Assembly (NCBI GenBank): GCA_013265495.1
Contig: MU058384.1
Coordinates: forward strand, 3,385,010 to 3,449,009
From: Vicugna vicugna
Lineage: Eukaryota
Direction of reading: 5' to 3'
Length of the DNA stretch: 64,000 nt
Shown here: positions 1-11,350 of the stretch, in pieces
Numbering within the stretch: the stretch's first letter is position 1
How the letters are laid out: each line of letters begins with the position of its first letter
Made by a program: the position numbers and the translations under genes
The notes under the pieces: generated by a model
What the model was told of the DNA's origin: nothing
Databases searched by the model: none
What the model saw: only the letters and a program-made list of their open reading frames with translations

Positions 1-19
1 ATGTTTTCCAATAAAATAC

Positions 20-740
20 AAGCTCACACACCTAGTAGAATGGTTAAAGTAAAACTAAAACAAAACAAAAACAAACACAATCTTACAGCACCAAATATTG
101 ACAAGGGCAAAGAACAGCTGGAACACTCATGCACTGCCTGTGGGAATACAAAACAATTTGGCTACTTTGGAAAATGGTTTGGCAGTTCCTTATAAAGTTA
201 AATATCCACTCCTAGGTATTTACCCAAAAGCAACTAAAATACATATCCACACACAAAAAGCCCATAAGTGAATATTTATAGCAGTTTTATTCATAATCAC
301 CCCAAACTGGAAACAACCCGAATGGCCATCAAATGGTGAACAGATAAACAAACTGTTGGACATCCATAAAATGGAATCTTACTCAGGAATAAAAAGAACA
401 AACTTCTGGTGCGTGCAACAACATGGATGAGTCCCAAAGGCATTATGCTAAGTAGAAAAAGCCAGACACAAAAGTCTACATAATTGATTCCATTTATATG
501 GCATTCAGGGAAATGTTAGAGACAGAAAACAGTTCAGTGTTTACCAGGGGCTGGTGGTGGTTGGAGGGTCTGAATACAAAGAAGCCTGAGGGAACTTTTT
601 TCAATGATAGAAAATATACTGTAACTTGATTGTGCTGGTAATTATATGAGTGTATAGATTTAGCAAACCAATAGAATTGCACACCTCAAAATGGGAAATT
701 TTACTGTATGTAAATAATATATCAATAAACTTGATTTTAG
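20..740 (+). mobile_element. Old LINE-1 3' fragment (L1MB/L1ME-like)
   Basis: Typical L1 3' motifs (ccactcctaggtatttaccca, aaactggaaacaaccc, cattatgctaagtagaaaaagccagacacaa); AATAAA at 724-729. Confidence 0.8.
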
Positions 741-820
741 AAAGAAAGTTTCATGAGTGTAAGTACTTTGTTTTATTTGCTGCTTTATCCTTAGCATCTT
801 GCACATAGTAAGTACTTACA

Positions 821-977
821 GAAAGGAAGGAATATAAGAATGAGAGAATGAAGGAAGGAAGGAGGGAAGATGGAAGGAAAGAAGGGAGGGATGGAGGGAG
901 GAGGGAAAGAAGGAAGAAATGAAGAAAGGAAAGCAAAGAGAAAGAAAGGACAGAAAGAGAAAGAGGGAAAAAAGGAA
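821..977. repeat. Purine-rich (GGAA/GAAG)n low-complexity tract
   Basis: Almost purely G/A run seen directly. Confidence 0.9.
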
Positions 978-3439
978 GATCTAACCCTAGATTTTAGGCT
1001 GAACATTCTTCAGATTTTCTAATATAAAAATTCTGGAAATAGTAGCTGGTCTTAGAGCCCTAATTTATTAAACATTTGATTTCAAATTTCTTTTATAGTT
1101 TGGAGCAGAGAAGAAAGGTTTATGTCTTAGAATCTGTGGCCCATATATCCCTCTTCCCAATTTCTGAAACACAACAAAGATTAAGAAACCATATACACTT
1201 CTGGTTGAGAGAATACAGATACAAAATAAAAGAAGAAAACTCACAATTCAATACGTTTTTTAATTGATTGGGAGTCTAAAAGAACGTAGAACAAGTTAAC
1301 CTTTGCATATAACTGCAGAATTTTCTATTCAAACTGCTTAAGCTAGGAGTCAAAATTGGTCATTCAAAGTTAGATTTCTCTACACAGAATTATCAAAACA
1401 AACATAACTGAATTCCAGGAGCAAGAAATAAAATCTTAAAGAGAATTGTCTTTAATTAATTAGTGTGCTCCGTGTCAAGCTTCTGCTATATTAAGTTAAA
1501 GTGCAAAAGAAGAGTCTGTGTAGTCCCAAGGTATAATGTACAGAGGATGCTTCAATTAGCACAAGCTTAAAGACTAACAGTAGTCAAGTCTTCATAAAAC
1601 TATGCTCAAACATAACATTGTTCGATTCATCTGTTTTCTCAGTAGAGAATTTCATTCATTTCACCATGGCAAGTAACTAAGCTAAAAAAAACAAAAAACA
1701 AAAAACAAAAACAAACAGTTCAGACCTTAACGCTAACTAATCCTCCAGATGCTCACAGATAATACTGGAACACAGAAAAGCATTTAAAGGCTGGCAAGAA
1801 AACATTTCAGGAACATTTCATGCAGAGAAGAATTACGCTATGAACATGACTCATCTATGTGTTTCTACTGGTGAGAAAACATATTGCTTTTCCTTCCTGT
1901 CAAAGAGGCAAAGTCACCTTTCACAACCCTCCCTTGCAAATGGGTATAATGCTAGCAGAGGATGAGAACAGCCAAGCAGAAATGGAAGAAAGGAGTGATG
2001 AACCTCAGAGAGGTTTATTTCATTAAGGCCACTAATGAAACTATAGGAAACTAAAGGAAAGGATTCTTAAAAAACTAACTGCCTTGTGAAGCTTATAATC
2101 AGCAACCACACAGAGTCAGTGAAGGACAGAGTATAGAAAGCAAACTACAGTGGTGGGAAATAAAAATAATTTTAACATTTTTAACAAAAAGTTGTTAAAA
2201 TTAATAAGATGTGTGGCAACTAAGACATGTACTAGGAAGACTGTATGAAAAGAGGAAAGGGAAAATAAGAGCCTGAGTCTAGTTTCTCCTCTCTCTGCTT
2301 ATTTGTTTTTAACATCAAGAAACTCCCATCATCCTCCCAAAAATCCCCAAGATATAAATCTTTTGCTTCCTCAGTCTTGGACAATGACTCATCTAGTCAG
2401 CACTGTCCTCTTCTCATGAGCCAAAGCGCATTCAGTAGGACGCAGATCAGGTTACTTGGTAGCTTTTAAAGATAGAGTTGCTTGCAGAGCTCAGAGCCGA
2501 AGGAGTTTCTTGAGGAAATTCAGCAGCAGGAAATGTGCAAGAATGGAGAGTCCTGATACTTGGCCACGAGCCCAGCCTTTAGGATGAGCCAAGCGAGGAG
2601 CCTGGCTTGGGACCTTGGGGAAGTCGGTTAGGTGGTCTGCACCTCTGTAACCAGGTCTACAAAATGGTGATCAACAATACTGGTGCCACCTACAGCTCAC
2701 AGCTGTGGGACTCCAATAATATAACGGCTCTTTGAAAGTGCCTCCTACAGTGTAAATCAAGCAATAAGTTCCTGTTCCTATTGTCATTATCAGTCAGCCA
2801 GTACTGGAGAGAGGACCCATGTGCTCAGGCCAACTGCAATGAGGAAGGTTAAAAGAAGTTTTAGATAGAGTCACCAGACCATGGATCCAAGCTAGACATC
2901 TCCACTTTAGAATCAGACTGTGACATGTGCCATTCTCCACCTACAGCTGAAACAGATTCATGGGTAAACATCAGAAGCCATCCAATGGCTTCTTTAACCA
3001 AGTGCAAGAAACAGAAAGACACAAGAAACAGAAAACCATGAAAATGACTCTCTTGAGTAGCCCCCAAGGCTCTCATCCCTGTTCCTTTCCCAAGACCCAG
3101 TCTTTGAACCCCCAGAGATGCACCAGTATCCTTCCAACAAATTTTATTTTGCAGACTAAAACAATATATAATTTCTGCAAAGGCCTGATGCCAAGGAAGT
3201 CCAGGCAGAAAGAAGACTTGAAACCTTAGGCTTAGCAGTGGGGAGTTACTGTCAGTCTTAAGCACAAGGTGACATGCTGATTGAGGAAGACTGGAGCAGC
3301 AAGAAAGGATGATGGAGTCAAGGGAAAGTGATGTGGTGGCAGATGGCAGGCTGTTGCTGTTACCAAGCAAAAGAGCCTGAGACCACCATGGTGACAACAG
3401 ATATGTAAAGAAAATGGCAGAAACGAAGGACATCATTTT

Positions 3440-3745
3440 CTAGCTCGGTGGATTTTAATGCAAGTCACATACATCATTTAAAATTCTCCAGTAATCACAT
3501 TAGATAAGTATAAAAAGGCACAAAGAAACAGGTGAAATCAATTTTGACAGTATGTTGTATTTAATCCAATATATTCAAAACATGATCATTTGACATACTA
3601 TCAATTTTAAAAATATTAATGATATATCTTACTTTTTTCTTTTGTACTGACTCCTAATCCAGTCAGCATTTTGTACACCTCTGTTTGGACCAACCACATT
3701 AAAAATATTTCACAGCCACAGGTAGCTGGTGGCAAGTCTAGGCTC
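3440..3745. mobile_element. hAT-Charlie MITE remnant (MER3/MER33-like)
   Basis: taaaaaggcacaaagaaacaggtgaaatcaatttt ... atttaatccaatatattcaaaa ... cagccacaggtagctggtggc resembles the MER3/MER33 pattern; ends uncertain. Confidence 0.55.
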
Positions 3746-4847
3746 TCAAACATCTTTAGATGTTTAACTCTTTCTCATTTCCTAACCTCCAAACCACACT
3801 GGGTTTACAGATTTTTAAATCCAAATCTTCATCTTTTAAAAATAGATTGTATGCCCAATCCATTTTTCCTTTTTGTTCCAAAACTCATCCATGTAAAAGG
3901 GAAGTGTTCGTTCACGTAAATTTGGACCAGAGCAACGTGTATACAGTGGGTGATTAAGCTAAAAACTCCAGTGGTCGGTGGCACTCAACGAACTCTGCAG
4001 CTCCTCTTCACTGCTGACACATTAACACATACATTTTAAACCACAGAGTTGAAAAACACACATCTTTTGAAGTGATAATGAAGTAATGATTAGAATTTAA
4101 CACCTTCTAAAAAGGAAACTCTTTGCTCGCGCTTAAGCTATATAAACTTCTAGGCTCTAATTCAAAGGCTCCTCAATGTTTTTCGACAGAGAAAATGACA
4201 AACAGGTTTTAACCATCCAAAGACTGTTATTTATGTACTTTCATTTGTTTACCTAAAAGAAACATAAAAATAACTTAAATAATAATTCAATACAGTCTTC
4301 ATCTCAATAACCGTTTTGCAAAGAAACTATTACGGTGCTGAAAATTTTAAGAACCAGGAGTTTCAGCGCCACACTCACCCAGTCAGAAATGGGGCCCCCG
4401 GTCCGTCGAGGCGAGGGCAGGATTTTGTTCACTTCCCTCATTTCTCCTCCCACTCAGATTTCCCATTTTCCTGAGGTCAACGCCCAGGAATGTATGTGAA
4501 AACTGTACTGGACGCCAATTGTCTTCTTCCCGAAGCATGTTCTGCTAATTTGCATTTTTGTGGATGTTTTGCTTCTTAGAGGGAGTTAAGTCCAAGTGCA
4601 GCTGTGCAGCCTGGAAGTCGGGTCTTTCCTTACTCTCCCAGGCCTGCTTCTGAGAATTTAGTTTTATGTCAGCCCTTACCTTCTTCCTCAGCCCACTTAG
4701 AGATAAGTACCCTTAACTGCAATAGGAAGACTCAATTCTGCCCATGTTGTAAACCAATACCCGAGTGCATGGGGGAAAAAAACCCTATGAGCCAGTAGAT
4801 TATACTATCCTGAGAAAGTGCTCAGAGTCCAACTTTATATTTAATAC

Positions 4848-5017
4848 CTATGGTTAATTTTATGTGTCAGCTTGGTTGGGCCATAGTGCTGAGATATTTG
4901 GTCAAACATTATTCTGGATGCTATTATGAGAATATTTTTGGATGAGACTTACATTTAAGTTGGTGGACTTTGAGTAAAGCAAATTGCCCTGCATCATGGC
5001 ATCATGTCGGTGGGCCT
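4848..5017 (+). mobile_element. MLT2 (ERVL) LTR, 5' part
   Basis: tggttaattttatgtgtcagcttggttgggcca...tttggtcaaacattattctgga...tttgagtaaagcaaattgccct...gtgggcct. Confidence 0.8.
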
Positions 5018-5217
5018 AGCAGGTAGGGTGGGGCAACTCAACCCCAAACCCGTGACTGCTGTGTAGTAGGGGAGGGGAGGAGAGGGGTTGCAAGACACAA
5101 CCATAATGTTCGGAGCAGACTCTACACTCCCCCAGGCTTGCAAAGAAAGCACTAGCTGCACAGTCTATAAAAAAAGCGACTAAACTTGTGCAACACTGTA
5201 CACGGTTGCGCAAGTCA

Positions 5218-5418
5218 GGAGAGATTTATTTTAAGGAATTGGCTCACATGATTATGGAGGCTGGCAAGTCTAAGATTTGCTGAGTGGGCTGCCAGGCTGG
5301 AGACCTAGGAGCCAATGTCACAGTCCAAGTCTGAAAGCTGTCTACTGGCAGAATTCCTTCTTGGAGAGGGAGGTCAGTCACTGTTCTGCTAAGACTTTCA
5401 ACTGATCGGATGAGGCCC
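5218..5418 (-). mobile_element. MLT2 LTR, 3' part, inverted relative to the 5' part
   Basis: Reverse complement reads gggcctcatccgatcagttgaa...aagaaggaattctgccag...cttgccagcctccataatcatgtgagccaattccttaaaataaatctc, the expected continuation of the 5' piece. Confidence 0.8.
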
Positions 5419-5725
5419 TCACTAGTGGCCTGGCCCTGCTGCCCCTCATCTGTCTCCCACCAGACTTCCTTCTCATGGCGATTTTCTCTCAGAGGCCTGC
5501 TGCCTCTCCCTGCAGTCCTTCCTATCAGGGTCTATGTTCCTGAGTCCCAGTTGCAGGCAGGTCCAAGGTCATCTCAAGAGGTTCCCAGTCAGAGAAACAG
5601 TGCATGTGGCTCAGCACCTGTTTCAAAGGCTCCTGAACATTTCAGATAGTCAGCAAGTCCTCAGTATTCTGTGACCATCCTCAGCTTGTTCTATGCACAC
5701 TGAGGAGTTGTAGCAAGTTTTCACC

Positions 5726-6345
5726 TGTCAACAGAAATAATCAATAAACAATCTATAATAGGAATAGAAAAGAGTCTTGTTTGAGCCAAACTGAGGACCA
5801 TATGGCTCAGGAGACATGGATTCAAGAAACACTTGAATTGTGTTCCCCTGGACTAAAAAATGGGGCGGGCTTATAGAGGTAACAACCACAAAATTACATA
5901 AATTGTTTGTCAAGAATTCTAATCGGAGCTGGCAAGAAATAAGGGTGCTTGTTAAGCAAGGATTGGTTGAGGTTCAAAATGGTTGCATAGTTACCTTGCG
6001 ACCATGAGGCTGCAGCTGGCAGCTGCTAGCAGACAGTATTTTGAGAATGGCTGGTGGTGTCCTTGAGTTGGATACAGTTCAGAAAACTCAAGTTCTCAGT
6101 AATCCAGGAAGGTGTCTGAAACCACATCCTTGATGGCCACCTGGCTCCATTTTGGATGCCTGAACCATACTTACTCCATTTTTTATTTTTAGATACATTC
6201 TTGCTTTTAATGATTAAAGCAGATGTACAATGCATGTTTGAAGGCCAGAAGATAGGTGGTTTTAGTGAGTGTAAAGTTCAAACCAAATCTTGTGTAAGCC
6301 AGAATGACTTCCACACGCATCAGTATGTGAAAATTTCTTCCATCA
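5726..6345 (-). mobile_element. ERV1-class solo LTR (620 bp)
   Basis: TG...CA termini flanked by a 4-bp direct repeat CACC (5722-5725 and 6346-6349); CCAAT (5962-5966) and TATA-like (5870-5875) on the minus strand; GC box 5862-5869. Confidence 0.75.
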
Positions 6346-6509
6346 CACCTAACACCACAGCCAGAATCTCAGCTTCAGCCTCACTAAATAATCAATGTTA
6401 ATGTCAGGGATGCCAAAATGGAGTGAGTTTGTGTATAGAATGTGCTGGGATTTGAGGCCAGAGGAAAGATGGTGAAACTATGACCAGATGATGCTGAGAA
6501 AAGAGAAAT

Positions 6510-6745
6510 ACCAGCTATGATTTCTCAAGCACTTACTCTGTGCCAGGCATTGCACTAACATTCTTACACATATTGACTGAATTCTCACATCTGCCCTACT
6601 GAGGTGAGTATGACCATTACCCACATTTCACAGATGAGGAAAATGAGGCACACAGTGGCATAATAACTTACACAAGTTCACCAAGTTATTAACTGACGGG
6701 GCTGGGATTTCAGCACCAGGCAGTCTGGTTTACCACACTCTTAAT
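6510..6745 (-). mobile_element. MIR SINE
   Basis: Core motif catttcacagatgaggaaaatgaggcaca...taacttacacaagttcacc. Confidence 0.75.
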
Positions 6746-7019
6746 TAACCGCAGTATTCTTTTGCAAAGTGTCTAGAGACGTGTATAACCAGGAAATGAC
6801 ATCCTTTCTCTCTGGGACTTGGCTGGGGCCCACTAAACAGTTTCGCCGCCCTGAACTCCATGTTTTTTCTGTGTTTCCATTGTAACCATTCTTCTTTTGA
6901 TGCAGATTTTTAAAATGATGCTAACATCTTCACTTAGGTCACGATTTAATCGTTCCATCTTCCTGCGGCCTAAGGAATAGTGTTAATTTCATTATATCTT
7001 GATTTTAATAAGCAAGATC

Positions 7020-7368
7020 CTTCATAGATAACAGAAAACAATTGGTAGTTGCCAAAGGTGGGAAGTGGGAGTAAGCAAAACGGGTCAAAAGGTACCAACT
7101 TCTAGTTACAAAAGAGGTAAGTCATGAAGATGTAATGTTCAGCACAGTGACTCCAGTCAGCAATACTGTATTGCATATTTGCAGGTTGCTAAGATCTTAA
7201 AAGTTTTTATCACAAGAAAAAAAATTTTGTAATTATGTATAGTGATTGATGTTAACTGGACTTACTGTGCTGATCATTTCACAATGTAAACAAATATTGA
7301 ATCATTATGTTGTACATCTGAAACTAATAAAATGTTGTATGTCAATTATGCCTCAATTAAAAAAAAAA
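7020..7368 (+). mobile_element. LINE-1 3' end (L1MA-like) with poly(A)
   Basis: gttgtacatctgaaactaataaaatgttgtatgtcaattatgcctcaatt followed by an A run; probable TSD AAGCAAG(A/T)TC. Confidence 0.85.
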
Positions 7369-7902
7369 AGCAAGTTCTTGTTATGACTTTCGACCAGACT
7401 GCCCAAGTTCTTAAGGAATGACTAAGGAATGGGGTGTGGTGGTGGTGCAGAGTTTGTGAGCCTGTAAGTGCAGGAGTCATAGAGGGCAAGAACAGAGGAA
7501 ATGTAAACTGATGGTGCTTACAGATTTGTTACTTGTATCTTTGAAATCTAAGGTAGTAAGCATTTTTTTGTCCAAGATAGAGTCATTTCTTAGTAGGCAA
7601 TAGGAAAATACGTACTGTTAAAATTATCTATTTTATTTTTTCTACCATTTGGTGGTTGCTAGGAGATCAAGGTGAGAATGAACACTGGGTTCAAGATTTA
7701 GTTCAACGATGCCTTCCCCCTGTAAAAAATTTCCTGATTATTTTTCACCATTTTGAGTAGAACTAACCACTCCCTGCTGTGTTCTCATGAGAGCTGTTAC
7801 AAATTTCTATTACAAAACAAATAAAGCTGGAATGCCATTTTCAATTTACAATAATCTCTCATAAAATAAGTTCCTTCAGAAAAGAAATTATAGCTTCTTC
7901 TT

Positions 7903-8024
7903 TTTTGGAGGAGGGGGACAGGTAATTAGATTTTTTTATTTTTTTAATGGAGGTACAGGGTATTGAACTTGAGACCGCATGCATGCTAAGCACACATTCT
8001 ACCACTGGGCTATACCCTCCCCCC
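7903..8024 (-). mobile_element. tRNA-derived SINE, Vic-1-like (camelid)
   Basis: Minus strand GGGGAGGGTATAGCCCAGTGGTAGAATGTGTGCTTAGCATGCATG...GTTCAATACCCTGTACCTCCATTAAAA...CTAATTACC with A/B-box-like motifs; 15-bp TSD with 2 mismatches (7888-7902 and 8025-8039). Confidence 0.8.
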
Positions 8025-8089
8025 TTATAGCTCATTCTTATTTAAATAACTGTGGTTGGGTGGAGGGTGGGGGGGAGTATCTAGCAAAT

Positions 8090-8340
8090 AATAATACACA
8101 GCTAACATTTACTTACCCAGCAGGCATGGGCCTAAGCACTGTTGACAACTGTCTCATTGAACCATCACAATGATCCTATGTGGCATACATAATTCTATCT
8201 CCGCTTTACAGATAATGAAACCAAGGCACAGAGAAGTTAAGTAATTTGCCCAAGGCCACGTGGGTTATTCAATGGTGATGAACCCAGGTAGACCAGCTTC
8301 AGAGGCGTCATGTGTGGTCATGGCACTGTACTGCCTCTCT
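8090..8340 (-). mobile_element. MIR SINE
   Basis: tttacagataatgaaaccaaggcacagagaagttaagtaatttgcccaaggccac. Confidence 0.8.
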
Positions 8341-8492
8341 CATCAACTGTCCATCTGATGACGGACTGACTGAAGAAAAGACTGTCTTGCTCACTCCTAA
8401 CCAGCAGCTGGGATACTGTGATAAGATTAACACACTTTTCCACATGATACATTTCCATGTAGAAAAGATTGTTCTCTACACAATTTGGAGGA

Positions 8493-8857
8493 GTATCTTA
8501 GTCTGATCCAGTTGCTGTAACAGAATACCATGGACTGAGTGGCTTATAAACAACAGACATTTATTTCTGTCAGTTTTGGAGGTCAGAAAGTCCAAGACCA
8601 GGGCACTGGCAAACTTGGTGAGGGTCCTCTTCGTGGTTCACAGACTGTCATCAGCTTGCTGTGTCCTCACATGGTGGGAGGGGCAAGTCTGCTCTGTGGG
8701 GTCTCTTTTATAAGGGCACTAATCTCATTCTTGAAGGCTTCACCCTCATGACCTAATCACATCCCTAAGCCCCCCCACCCCAGTACCGTCACACTAAGGG
8801 TTGGGATTTAACATATAAACTCAGGGTGGTGGGGGACACAGACATTCAATCTATAGT
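8493..8857 (-). mobile_element. MaLR LTR (MLT1A-like)
   Basis: gctgtaacagaataccat...ggcttataaacaacagacatttatttct...gctgtgtcctcacatggt...tttataagggcactaatc. Confidence 0.85.
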
Positions 8858-10869
8858 AAGTAGTAAGAAATTATCTTTTCATTTTGGTTTGATTTCTAGT
8901 ACAAAGAATCATATTATAAATTCTCCTTTCACACAAACTTAATGTATTTCAATTCTCTTTTTAGAGGTCTGAATGGTAGCACATATACATTCTTTGATCA
9001 AAGTATTGATTATGACAGCTTGGTAGAAAGCTTTCATTAAGGGTTGATTTAAATTAAAGAATGATGTAAAGTAGAGATCGCAAACTCAAATACCTACAAG
9101 AATCCAGAAGGTAGCATAAATCAAGCAATGCATCAGGTGATCGAGAGAGTGAGCCTGTGGTTCAACTGGGGAACAGTAGGCTGTAGAGAAAATTTGTATG
9201 CTTCTGTACGGTTAACTATTTTCTGAGCAAATGTTACTGACAATTGGGATCTGAGCTAAAAGAACAAGCCTGAAAGTAAATTTATGAGTGATTCCCTCAT
9301 GAGAACTCCAGAGAGATTTTCCTCCCTAGAGCCAAGTAGTTTTTTTAATGTCAAGGAGCAATGAAGCCCCCACCCCCGTGGGACCATGCGGACATCTCCT
9401 GTGATGTAAAGCTGGAGGCTCTCATCTTATTTTCCATGGGGATATATTTATTTATATCCCAAAGGTAAGAATCCATTTCCCTTCTTTGCGTCCTCAAGGA
9501 GTATTTGTCTACAATAGGAAGCAGATTTCACTTAGTCTCTCAGAAAGGGAGAGACAGATGTGCAGATTGCTTTGAGAGGGAGTGAGCTGCTCAGCTGCAG
9601 TAGACACTGTTACATGTAGGATGACATCTGGCTTTCATTGCATGGCCCCAGGGGTAAGAACTGGGACAAAGAGGAGATGGGATGACTTTTGCGTAAGTCA
9701 ATAATAATTCGTTTTGCTCTAGAAACCCAGTGTTGGTGTACAGGATAATATTAATTAGTGTAGATATTGAAAACTTAAAAGGAATCTATACTCTGCCTAG
9801 AGCCAATGAAAACAAAATCATCTCTTCTGACCAAGTAAAACATGTCTACTGGCTGACTTTAGTACATGAACTGCTAGTTTGCAGTAACCTATACCAAGTG
9901 TGCCCTGTATTTCAGGAAATGGGCTGTTATAATCAGAGTTACCAAAAAAACCCCTCTTTCAGAGCAAAATATCTTATTCTTTATGTTCTTGTCAAGACCT
10001 CCAATGTCACTATCGCAAATCCACTGTTTTGCTAGTTACAATGCTAAGATACATAGGTGTGCTTACACAAAAATGGTTATCAAATGCTGATGTCTATCAA
10101 TAAATCTGTTTACCCATCTTTACCCAGAGCCAGCTAAGAGGATCTGCCTGCAGATTATGGAACCATTTACCTAAATGGCGATCAGAGGTTAAGGTGGAGA
10201 GAAACCTTAGCTGAAGCCCTGTGAACCAGGGCAATCCTAGATATTCTCAAGGCTGAAGGACTCTCGGTATCTGAAAAGCAACAAGAGGGCATTGGCATGA
10301 CGTGGGAAAGCACCTGGGGAGGAAGAAGCACTGAAAGAGGAACCGCGAGGCACCATGTATGCTCCTTTACATTGCTTGGTTCTTCTCAGCAACAGCTTAT
10401 CCAGCCCAGTGTTTTGGGTGATACTGAGAAATATTTTCTAAAAACACATGGTAGCTGTCCTCTATGGGACTGACCACAGATGGCAAGAGACTGTGTTAGG
10501 TGGGCTCTTTCAGTTGCAAGGACAGAGACACTCAGATTACCTCCAGTGACAAGGAATTCTGGTGAAGATGTGCAGGAAAGTCAAAAGGGGAACAGTCACC
10601 AGTGAGGTGTCCTCCGGGGCCGCCAGGAGGGACCCGTGTTCAGGGTACACAGCGGTGCTACGAAGCCCCGGGCTGCCGCAGCAGCTCCAAGTCTCGGGCC
10701 TCCTCTTCTCCCCTCAGCGAGGGAACTTCTTCGCTTACTATGCTAGTGCTGTACTTTCTGTCCCAGAGTCTGTTGCTTCTTCTTTTTCCTTTCTTCCCTC
10801 CTCCCACGCCCATCCTCCCGTCCATTGTGGTTTACACCCCAGCTCTCTGAAAGGGAATTTATTTAGGTT

Positions 10870-11350
10870 GGTTTAACAACAGAAGACCAAACTGGCAATG
10901 GTTTAAATCAATAGGGCCTTATTTTTTCTCCTTTGACAAGAGTCCAGAGGTAGCTGGTTGCAGACATGTGTTCGGCCATTCAGTGCAAACATTGACATCT
11001 CAGGCTTTCCATCTCTGTATTCCTCCATTTTTAGCTGTTGGTTTTTCATCCTTAATTGTGTTGCCTCCTGGTTGCAAGATGGCTGCTGCAGACCCAGGCA
11101 TCTTATGTCTACATTTAAGGCAGGAAGACTAGAGAAAGGTCAAGGCCAACAAGCTCTCCTGTTGCATCCGTCACACACACATGCACCGAGACTTCTATTT
11201 ATGTCTCACTGACCAAAATTATGGCATATGAATATGCTTAGCTGCCATGAAGGTTGGGGCAGTGACTATTGAGCTTTTATAGCCTCTACAGTGAGAAGGA
11301 AGCAAGGAGAAATGTTCTTAGCAGTCAGCCAATGAACGATGTCTGCCACC
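10870..11350 (-). mobile_element. Old MaLR LTR (MLT1J/K-like)
   Basis: ggttgcaagatggctgctgcagacccaggcatc...acatttaaggcaggaaga; degraded. Confidence 0.5.

Noticed and set aside
751..1006. Two minus-strand ORFs rich in F/L/S/P
   Set aside because: Translations of the purine-rich simple repeat
2861..3436. 191-aa minus-strand ORF, the longest ORF outside the known genes
   Set aside because: No recognisable domain, promoter or splice structure; an ORF of this size can arise by chance in 64 kb across six frames
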